From Eledone cirrhosa (Eukaryota): DNA of 64,000 bases. Both the position numbers and the translations under genes were made by a program. This document shows, piece after piece, positions 52,911 through 64,000 of this stretch. The notes under the pieces were generated by a model that was not told the origin of the DNA, ran no database searches, and saw nothing but the letters and a program-made list of their open reading frames with translations. Numbering within the stretch: position 1 is the stretch's first letter; every line of letters begins with the position of its first letter. The DNA lies in NCBI GenBank assembly GCA_964016885.1, contig OZ024742.1:100688001-100752000 (forward strand). Direction: 5' to 3'.

Positions 52911-54048
52911 AAGGTTTCTTATAATTATATTGGATTGGCAGAGTCATTGACATCTCAGACCATATATCTCGGTATTTCTTTCACCTCTCTGCACTGTTAG
53001 TTCAAATCATGCAAAGGTCAACTTTGACTTTAATCTTTTCAGGGTTGATAAATAAAGTACCAGATTATCAAAGCTGTTAAAATCTCAGCTAGAGTGATTT
53101 ACAGTATCTGTTCTGGCTCGTTAATTCTGAGTTCAAATCCTGTTTCCATCTGCCAATAGTTGTGACCAGTAGATAAAATCAACAATAGAAAAGACCAATA
53201 GATACACCTTTTCCTTGTTCTGAACTGACGCCAGGCTTCTCTTTAACCCTTTTCCCTATTTTACATATCTTTTCATATATATTTTACTCAACTATGAAAT
53301 GTGAAAGCAGATGGCTCAGAATGTCGATTACTGGACTGAGCTGTGCATTGTGTTTCATTGAACAAAATGTTTCATTTCACATTGCTTTTCAAAATAGGAC
53401 TAGGGCCCTATTATTAAAACACACATGAAACCTCTGATTTGATTCATCATTGTAGGAGACCAGCTAAGCCTGCATAGGTGTGACCTGTAACAACACCAAT
53501 ATATACTCCTATAAAGACTAGATATTGATGGTGCATGCTGGATGATTAATCAGCTATCATCATGAAAATCTGAGTATCTGCGTAAACATATTCATTAGAA
53601 CACCAAAAAACGTCCCATTTGATGCAACATTGTAAGAGGCCAGCTAAACCACATTGGACTGCAGTCTATATTCTGTTTTGCTTTTCTATTTTTCTCCTTT
53701 CTATATCTTTTCTCCTTTGGCTAAGCCCTCGCACACCATTCTCTCTCTTCTTTGTCAGTTGATGCTCTTGGATACCTTTTCAACTGTATTTGTGTAATTC
53801 CATGAAAGACATAACTTGTCCTGTCTTTGTCTCTGTCTGTTTTGTTACGTTTCAATGTAAACTGGAATGAACAGTATCAACCTTAATTCTGAAATTGTAG
53901 TGATTTCTAGAGGTGGCTGAAGAGGTGGGACTGTTCATGTTTCAATTATTTTTTCCATTGTCTTTGTCCTGTGCACCCCCTATTTTATATATATATATTT
54001 GGGAAAGTAAAAAACAACAAAACAGGAGTAAGAGTTACGAAAGGTTAT

Positions 54049-54204
<156 letters not shown>

Positions 54205-54988
54205 TATGAGCAAGTTATAGTTATTTGACCTGTCTGGCCTCAGCACATGACTGCCTTTTTAACCCATACAAGCATCGAAAATAGATTATGATGAACATGA
54301 TAAAAGTATGAATAGCAAAGTTGATCTTGATGGGATTTGAACTCAGAGTGCAGAACAAATATGACAAGTCATTTTGTTCTATGCTCTAATGATGCCATTA
54401 ATTTGCAGCCTAAAATAGTGATGAGGATGATGATGATTAAAGTAGTTATGATGATTAGAATGAAGAGAAGGTAGTAATAGGTTGGGGGGGATCAGATCCC
54501 TGCCATCATTATATGGAGGTGTAGCACCATAATAGGTTATCTTTATATGAAGTAATTACCTCATAGCCCACACTACCCCAGTTCAACATACATCTCTGTC
54601 TACAAAGGTTAGAAATTCCTTCTCACAAAAAAGATCATTTTGTCTTTAAACAGGAACTAAATTTGAGAGAAAAATAATTTTTTTTTTATTAGTGGTAGTA
54701 GACGAGTTATTATTACAATTGTTGTTGTTGTTATTATTATTATCATTATTGTTGGTGGTGAGGGTAGTAGTAGTAGTAGCAGCATCATCATAATTGTAGT
54801 ACTGTTATAACCACCAACACTACCACTATTACTGGTAACTGCTGACAAGTTCTTTTGGTGATATTGTTTCAAAGGATATCTTAAAAACATACATACACAC
54901 ACACGCACATGTACAATATCGATACACTGTAATACATATCCCAAATACATAGTGTGTATATGTACATATGGGTTGGATGGGCCATATG

Positions 54989-55110
<122 letters not shown>

Positions 55111-56579
55111 GATAGATAAACATAGAATAACTTATACACACACACAAGTCAGTGTAATTACCATATACCAATAGACCACCTATATAGCTACAGCCAAAAA
55201 TAACACAACCCCTTTTCTACACACACACACACTTACACACATATTTATTTTGTTTGAAACATCTTATTTATTCTCTAACAATAATTACTGTAAAGACAAC
55301 TGCCTGGTCATATCAGGTAAACATGATAGATGTGGGTGGGTGAGGTCAGGGGTTCTATATGGAGTTCTAGAAATTTCTAAAGGATGATTTGCTATATCCA
55401 GAGCCAATGTCTGGGTATTTAGCACTCTAGCAAGCTCAACTGTGTGTGATCCCCATCTCCCATATCATATAATTTCATCTTACAGTTTGGCAAGTTGTCA
55501 AACCTAACTTTTTACACTTCTTGCTCTGCCCACACTAACAAAGTTACTAAGCCTGCTTTTTTCACTACACAATCCACACTCATCCACATCAAATCAAGTT
55601 ATAGGTCATAACAATATACAACCCTCTCCACCACTTTGGATATTTCCACAACAATGCTATGTGGAAAAGATACTTAGTGGTTACCATATTTGCCAGACTT
55701 CTTGACACATTTTTCCCAAAAAAACATATAAAATATCTTCCCTGGATCCAATAAGCCCATATCACAAATGCAAGGCTGAATGGGGAGTGAGGACAATCAT
55801 GGTTAAAACAATTTAGTCTGTATTACTATTAGTATTACTAATACAGTAATACAATAAAATTTATATAAGCAAAATGATGTCAAACTTATAGAAGAGTTTA
55901 TGAAAAAAACAATGAAATCATTTTTAATAAATTTATGAAGAAATGTACTAGAATTTTTTTTCTTCTCAAAATGTCCTTGTAAAGCCAGAGTGCATCATAT
56001 ACGAAGGGATGTCCAATAGCCTGGGAAATACAATTATTCATTCGTTGCAGTAAATTATTATATATTTAAATTATACAGATTTGTATAGTTATATACATAT
56101 AAGGTTCAGTAATGTGTCTCTCTGAAATCTGCCCCTTAAGCAGCTGTTTATTCAGACTTAATGGTAGCATCAACTTTGACTATACCTTAACTAATTATTT
56201 GGTGCAAAAAACCAATGTGGCCATTTAAAGTGCTAGAAATAACTGCTGAATCTTTCTCAAATCATATTTACTCTTCTCATAAAAGGGAAGGATATATGTT
56301 AGATAATGTAGTTCTTCTAAGATACACAATAGATGAGATTGTTATGGCTGGAATGCCTTTGATCATGGGTCTGTTCAATCATGTTTGACATGAAGCTAAA
56401 CAACTACTACAACTATTACTACTACTAATACTACTATTACTTCTACCTGTCAAAAGGAATACATACCACACACACATGAATATAAATAAATATCCAGCCA
56501 TATAATACATATATATGTGTATATATATATGTGTGTATGTATGTATGTATATAAATACATACATACACACACAAATATA

Positions 56580-56611
<32 letters not shown>

Positions 56612-56618
56612 CACACAT

Positions 56619-56657
<39 letters not shown>

Positions 56658-57492
56658 TGTACATATAATTGTATATCTGCATTAATTGATTTTGCATTAA
56701 CTTTTCCCTTCTGACATGGACCAGACGTAACATTTTGAAGCAGTCGGATTCCCTTTCTGAGATCAACTCTTATGGGACTCAGGGATACAGTGTATCTATT
56801 CTGAAAGCCAAATTATATACAAATACACACAGATGTATATATATATAGTGGGGAAGAAAGCGAGGTTACATTCCTGGACCAGTTTCACTTAGTCGGCTTT
56901 TCAAAACCATATTCTGAGAATACAATCATTATTTATCTCACATAAATTAATATATATCTCATTCCACACATTTTCAAAATATTAAGTTGTATTGAGAAAA
57001 ACTTTTGTACCATAAAATAAAAAAGAAATTACATTGGATTCAGACTTAGCCATCTTATTAGTCTGTACAAGTAGAAGGACTCAAATTTAGAGCCATTGTC
57101 TTTGCAAATGGAAAGCATAATTGCATCTACTAAGTCTTACAAGACAGACTCACCAAACTATACATATAAAATTAGCCTCTGAATAGCCATAACAACATTG
57201 CCTATATATATCATGATCATCATTTAACATCTGCTTTCCCTCCTAGCAAGGGTTGGATGGGTCTACATAGCCCAAGTCAAGACTAAAGTAGAGCTACTGA
57301 GCTCCCTGACAGGCCGAGGGGTCTGTATCATGCTTACATGCGGTCATATCAAGTATAGAGAAGTTGTGTCTTTTGACACAAACTGAAGGGTCCTCCTAAC
57401 CCTTGTTTGGCAAGCTTTCTATGGCTGGATGCCCTTCCTAAAACCAACCACATCATATATATATATGCATGTGTCTGTGTGTGTATGAATGA

Positions 57493-57523
<31 letters not shown>

Positions 57524-57546
57524 CATTTATACTTATATATTAATAA

Positions 57547-57597
<51 letters not shown>

Positions 57598-58724
57598 TAA
57601 ATGTATATGAATCTTATAGCCACATAATGTTGAGTTCTTCTAAAACTGATAATTTTGTTTATAGTTGGTAATCAAAAATATGTATTCAATTGCTTTGTTA
57701 TGGCTAAAATAGCCAGGGATTTATTCTAATAATCAAAAGATTTATTAAAATTTACACTTCAGACAAAAAATAATATGAAATGTCAGTTCATTCATTGAGC
57801 AGTTACTGTGTAGTAGTAGTAAGTTAATGTGATAGAATGATAGAAAATATACGGTAAAGAGAATTCTTCAATTTTGCTCAGTACATGACAACCTCTCTAG
57901 TGCTGGTGTTATGATAAAATGCATCCAGTATTCTCTGTAAAATGGTAGTATTGCTGCTATGAAGAATTGCAACCAATACACTCTTTAAAGTAATTGATGT
58001 TGGGTTGAGTATCCAGCCATAGAAACCTAGCTAAATATGGAATGTGTGAGCAAAGCATGGGTCTCCAACTTGTCTAGTTTCAGACTGTTGTGACCCATCC
58101 AACTTATGCTAGCATACAAAACATGTAAAACAATGATGATGATGAATGTGTATTTAGTGATTAGTTGGTGTGTAGCTAGTAATAAGTTGTTATATAATGT
58201 CCATTTAGGTGGCAGTTGGTCTGTAGCTGGTAATAAGCTGGTATATACTATGTCCATTTAGTGGGCAGTTGTTGTCTGACTAGTAATAAGTAAGCTGGTA
58301 TATATATAGATAATGTACATTGAATTATCAATGCAGTTTGCTGCCATCTATAGTTGCAGGTGTCAGTCACATCCTGTTGTTTGTGTGTTAAGATCAGAAG
58401 ATTTTTTAGATTTATGGTGATTCCTTCCACAATCTTCTCTTGGTTTCTCTCTTTGATCTTTTGTCGAATGATAGTTTTATGAAGAATAGATTGTATATCT
58501 AAATTGATGTTATGAACAGTGATTGCATGAAATTGCATGAACACAGGATGACCCAGGCTGTAAATATATTGAGAGGCATCTACAAAACTTTCTGCTAAGT
58601 TTAGCCATTATAGCATGTCTAGACATATAGAGATTTACAGCTGTCATTAAGTTGCTACAAATTGTACTCTCTGTTGATTATCTATTAATACCATGTAATG
58701 ATTTAACAGAAAATATCTAAAAAT

Positions 58725-59070
58725 GGGTTTGCTAACTTGAATGTTTATAGTATCTTTACTAGTGGACAGATTGTTGTAAACATTTGCTGTATTAAAGTAA
58801 AGACTATTTTTTCATATGATGCAGTTATGATGCTGTTTTTTTTACTTTTCAAAAATGTCTTGCTAATCTAGTTCCATATAATTTGTTAATTCAAATGTTT
58901 ATAGTATTTTTATTTGGTGGACAGAAGATTATGAAAATTTGCAGTTTTAGAGTAAAGACATTGATTTTGAATATGATGCAGTCATAGTGCAGTTTTGTAC
59001 TTTTCAAGAATGTCTTGCTAATGTGGTTTCATGCAGTAGACAACATTAAAAGTTAAATCAACAGCAGAGC
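58725..59070. repeat. Two diverged tandem units (about 155 bp) of a dispersed repeat
   Basis: AATGTTTATAGTAT..GTGGACAGA..GTAAAGAC..TATGATGCAG..AATGTCTTGCTAAT occurs twice; reverse-complement homolog at 17473-17625. Confidence 0.75.
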
Positions 59071-59229
59071 TCTTGTAACTCTTAAGCATTTATTCAGTTC
59101 AGTTTTATTGTGATTGTATATAATGACTTGGATTATTGTAGACAGTAAGGCATCGGCGGGTGTTTTCGTGTATGCATGTGTATGTACGTATATGAATGCG
59201 TGCATGTATATATTTAATTATTGTTGATT

Positions 59230-59582
59230 TCAATAACCTCTGTAATTTATTTACTTTATTCTTAACTCTGAAGCCGAGAAGCATTCAGTTTCCTAAATAG
59301 AATTTTAGTCTATGACTTCAGTTATACCATAAACGTGGTTTTGTCTTTGCATGTAATTGTTCTCATCGCTCCACATAATGACGTATTATCTTCGTTTTTT
59401 TCCGTTCTTTGCCAGGGAACATCTCCACAAACCAAAGTATCGTCTTCCTGTTTTCCTCCAGTTGCAACGTTTTTCAAAATATTTACTTCTGCGTTCACAG
59501 ATTGATTTTTTTAGTTTCAGAAGATCCCGTTAAGGGTGAAAGCAGCGATTCTTTGCTTAAACTTTAATCTGTTATTTTAATA

Positions 59583-59585
<3 letters not shown>
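59230..59585 (+). mobile_element. Non-coding repeat ending in a hammerhead-like fold (U4A), AATAAA and (TA)n
   Basis: AGTTT-CAGAAGA-TCCCGTTAAGGGT-GAAA-GCA-GCGATTCTT-TGC-TT-AAACT at 59513-59563; shorter copies at 19725-19890 (-) and 42426-42466 (+). The 5' boundary is uncertain. Confidence 0.6.
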
Positions 59586-59666
<81 letters not shown>

Positions 59667-59955
59667 AGTCTGTGTGTGTGAGTTGGTGTGTGTAGATATG
59701 TAGATTTGTGCTCATACATACATATATATATATTGTCTGATTTCCATAGTGGCATAGATTGGATAATTAGTCACTCTGTTTGAAACTAAACTGATTAGTT
59801 TGGCATGGTGTCTATGGTGCATTTTATCATGGCACCTGTACTACCACTTTACAAGGTGGGTTGGATACATTTTATTAAGGCACCAATAATACAACTTTTT
59901 TGAATGGATTAAGTGAATTTCATTGTGACACCAGCCTTATATATGTGTATGTATA

Positions 59956-60426
59956 TCATCATCATCATTTTACGTCTGCTTTTCCCTGCTTGCTAGGGTG
60001 GGACAGGTCCTATTCAGCACAGCATCTCTCCACTTGTCACGGTCCTTCGTCATCTCCTCCATGAGCCTCAGCGATCTGAGATCTGCTCTCACCACCTCCG
60101 CCCATGTTTTTCGTGGTTTTCCTCTACTGCGTCTTCCTTCTACTGGGATTTCTTGGCACTTCTTTACCCAGCGGTCATCCTCCATGCGCATCACATGTCC
60201 ATACCATCTCAGTCTTCTCTCCCGCACACCACAACTTATCCCTCTTATACACAGTTTCTCTCTCAACTCATCTATGCTTGGACGTTCACACACAATGACA
60301 TTGCACATCCAAGGAGCATGCTTGCTCCATTTCTCTCCAGCCATCACATATCCTCTGTAGTTGCTGCCCATGTCTCACTACCATGCAGCATTGCACATCT
60401 CACACAGGCATCACATAACCGGCCTT
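59956..60426 (-). mobile_element. RTE LINE 3' end (short-UTR subfamily)
   Basis: AMLHGSETWA..RLRWYGHVMRMEDDRWVKKC..GKPRKTW..RTCPTLASREKQT*, immediately followed by (GAT)n. Confidence 0.9.
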
Positions 60427-60547
60427 ATATTTGGGGAGTGTCTGTTGTCCTAATATTTCCAGAAAAAAATAGTAAAACACACTCACTGTTTGGTTTGGTT
60501 TTCGCTTCAGTATATTTTTATAAATAATTTAACTGGCAAAATACATC

Positions 60548-60668
<121 letters not shown>

Positions 60669-61372
60669 TAAATATTAATTACTTTTCTTACTTTGAAGTA
60701 TTTCTAGGAAACATTATTATGTATTGCACTTGATATTTATTAATTGTAATGTCTACTCTTTCTATTTAATCCCATATCTCCCACTTAAATCAGTTACTTA
60801 CTACACCTCACTCTCAGTTTTATTCTCTCAATCTCTTTTAGTTCAGATTCAATATGTACCCTTTCCTATTCTGTTACAATATTAAAATATATATTTGACC
60901 CAATATCAGCAGAAAAAATGTTGACAAATGGAAACAACCAAAATGTTCTCTACATATATGGTCACTATTTTAATGTATTTTCCACTATTAACTACAACAC
61001 CAGCCAACATTTGAAACAAATTATATTGCTATTAAATTATATTTTTGATGTAAGTGATATCATTTTTTTTTTTTAAATAACCTGTAACATTGCCTACCAC
61101 ATTATAACAACATGTTAGATATAAAAGAGCTGAACTGTATATTTAATATTTAATGATATTGAAATAACTGTCTAGGAATTAAAATATCAAGCAAACAAAA
61201 ACAAAAGAAACAGTCTTTTTTCTAATGACTAACATGTTAAGATTTAAATATAAAGTATCAATTTGTTTCACATTGATGGCTTATATCATCATCATTTGTA
61301 CATAAGTATTATAAATCTGTCTTTCTGTCTTTCTCTCGGAGAGAGAGCTAAATAGAGAGGGAGAGAGGGGGT

Positions 61373-61454
<82 letters not shown>

Positions 61455-62034
61455 TCTTTTGCTAACGGAGGTAATAATTAACTGAAATTTCACCCACCCA
61501 CTCTTGCTATCCTTAATCTGATTAATTATTATGCTCTCAAAACAGACCCTTCCACTGCTGTTTAGCTTACCTCCCTAACAGAAGATGTCTGTTGGCTATT
61601 TCTAGGTAGTTAAAATGTATGTGTATGTTTGTGTATCTCCATCTACTTCACAGCCCCACCTCAGTATATCTTTCCCACTCAAAGTTTCCCCTATTCACTG
61701 TACCTTGCTGTCCTGGGTGGTATTAAATTTGTCTAATGTTCTTATATGTCTAGTACTCACCCAGTCGTCTATTTACTGTACCATATATAATAATGGTATG
61801 GTATAATAAGGGATGATAATAACCCTGTCTGTATTCAATCAATTCTTAATCATTCTACATCTCTCACCCATTGCAACACCTATATATGAGGGATGCATCA
61901 GATATGTTTATATCTGATAGACCATAATATCATCTACTGAATTGTGATACCAGCCATCATCTCCTCTCTCCCAGGTCATTGGTTATTGACATACAACACT
62001 TTTACCTTGTCCATCTCCACTGGAAAACATGTGG

Positions 62035-64000
62035 CTACCATCTGTCTCTCTTCCATTACACCCTGCCATCACTGTCTCTCTTCCATTACACCCTACCACC
62101 ACTGTCTCTCATCCATTACACCCTACCACTACTGTCTCTCATCCATTACACCCTGCCATCACTGTCTCTCTTCCATTACACCCTACCATCACTGTCTCTC
62201 TTCCATTACACCCTACCACCACTGTCTCTCTTCCATTACACCCTGCCTCCACTCTCTCTCTTCCATTACACCCTGCCACCACTGTCTCTCTTCCATTACA
62301 CCCTACCACCACTGTCTCTCATCCATTACACCCTGCCATCACTGTCTCTCTTCCATTACACCCTGCCATCACTGTCTCTCTTCCATTACACCCTACCATC
62401 AATCTCTCTCTTCCATTACACCCTAACACCACTGTCTCTCTTCCATTACACCCTAACACCACTGTCTCTCTTCCATTACACCCTACCACCACTGTCTCTC
62501 TTCCATTACACCCTACCACCACTGTCTCTCTTCCCTTACACCCTACCCGCACTGTCTCTCTTCCATTACACCCTGCCATCACTGTCTCTCTTCCATTACA
62601 CCCTGCCACAACTGTCTCTCTTCCATTACACCCTGCCACCCTGTCTCTCTTCCATTACACCCTGCCATCACTGTCTCTCTTCCATTACACCCTGCCACAA
62701 CTGTCTCTCTTCCATTACACCCTGCCACCCTGTCTTTCTTCCATTACACCCTGCCACCACTGTCTCTCTTCATTACACCCTGCCATCACTGTCTCTCTTC
62801 CATTACACCCTGCCATCACTGTCTCTCTTCCATTACACCCTACCATCAATCTCTCTCTTCCATTACACCCTACCACCACTGTCTCTCTTCCCTTACACCC
62901 TACCCGCACTGTCTCTCTTCCATTACACCCTGCCATCACTGTCTCTCTTCCATTACATCCTGCCACAACTGTCTCTCTTCCATTACACCCTGCCACCCTG
63001 TCTCTCTTCCATTACACCCTGCCATCACTGTCTCTCTTCCATTACACCCTGCCACAACTGTCTCTCTTCCATTACACCCTGCCACCCTGTCTCTCTTCCA
63101 TTACACCCTGCCACCACTGTCTCTCTTCATTACACCCTGCCATCACTGTCTCTCTTCCATTACACCCTGCCATCACTGTCTCTCTTCCATTACACCCTAC
63201 CATCAATCTCTCTCTTCCATTACACCCTAACACCACTGTCTCTCTTCCATTACACCCTAACACCACTGTCTCTCTTCCATTACACCCTACCACCACTGTC
63301 TCTCTTCCATTACACCCTACCACCACTGTCTCTCTTCCCTTACACCCTACCCGCACTGTCTCTCTTCCATTACACCCTGCCATCACTGTCTCTCTTCCAT
63401 TACACCCTGCCACAACTGTCTCTCTTCCATTACACCCTGCCACCACTGTCTCTCTTCATTACACCCTACCATCACTGTCTCTCTTTCATTACACCCTGCC
63501 ATCACTGTCTCTCTTCCATTACACCCTACCACCACTGTCTCTCTTCCATTACACCCTAACACCACTGTCTCTCTTCCATTACACCCTAACACGACTGTCT
63601 CTCTTCCATTACACCCTACCACCACTGTCTCTCTTCCATTACACCCTACCACCACTGTCTCTCTTCCCTTACACCCTACCCGCACTGTCTCTCTTCCATT
63701 ACACCCTGCCATCACTGTCTCTCTTCCATTACACCCTGCCACAACTGTCTCTCTTCCATACACCCTGCCACCACTGTCTCTCATCCATTACACCCTGCCA
63801 TCACTGTCTCTCTTCCATTACACCCTGCCATCACTGTCTCTCTTCCATTACACCCTACCATCAATCTCTCTCTTCCATTACACCCTAACACCACTGTCTC
63901 TCTTCCATTACACCCTAACACCACTGTCTCTCTTCCATTACACCCTACCACCACTGTCTCTCTTCCATTACACCCTACCACCACTGTCTCTCTTCCCTTA
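62035..64000. repeat. 30-bp minisatellite (about 65 units, runs off the window)
   Basis: Unit ACTGTCTCTCTTCCATTACACCCTRCCAYC with recurring 28- and 29-bp variants. Confidence 0.97.

Noticed and set aside
53755-53830. Hammerhead-like GAAA-GACA..TGTC (also GAAACTGGTC at about 56880, minus)
   Set aside because: The core and stem I cannot be completed; compatible with chance.
61979-63888. 526-aa and 619-aa ORFs as real proteins
   Set aside because: They come from a 30-bp minisatellite; the peptide repeat switches at every 1-2-bp indel, so no frame is preserved.

Overview
AT-rich, microsatellite-saturated eukaryotic DNA with no confidently identifiable host protein-coding exon. It is intergenic or intronic. 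The repeat repertoire resembles a coleoid cephalopod (octopus-like) genome; this is an inference. Most ORF-track entries are translations of (TA)n/(CA)n/(GA)n/(ATGT)n tracts. Recognisable content: (1) RTE-clade LINEs, including a near-full-length decayed APE-RT copy with two C-terminal C2H2 fingers (8253-11577) and a PHD-like-finger family with several internally deleted derivatives; (2) R4/Dong-like and CRE-like REL-endonuclease LINE fragments; (3) a complete non-autonomous Buster-type hAT element with TIRs and an 8-bp TSD (15311-17472); (4) piggyBac-, mariner- and pogo-type MITEs; (5) at least two tRNA-derived SINE families; (6) 14-, 30-, 40- and 48-bp tandem repeats. The most notable signal, absent from the ORF track, is a set of minimal type-I hammerhead-ribozyme folds from several sequence-unrelated short non-coding elements lodged in (TA)n tracts. 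Two have canonical cores (33419-33502, 39041-39095) and several carry a recurrent position-4 substitution (CCGAnGA, CAGAAGA). They occur in terminally redundant, inverted (225-bp arms) and fold-back arrangements typical of Penelope-like pLTRs or retrozymes. All folds and coordinates were derived by eye and may be off by a few bases.
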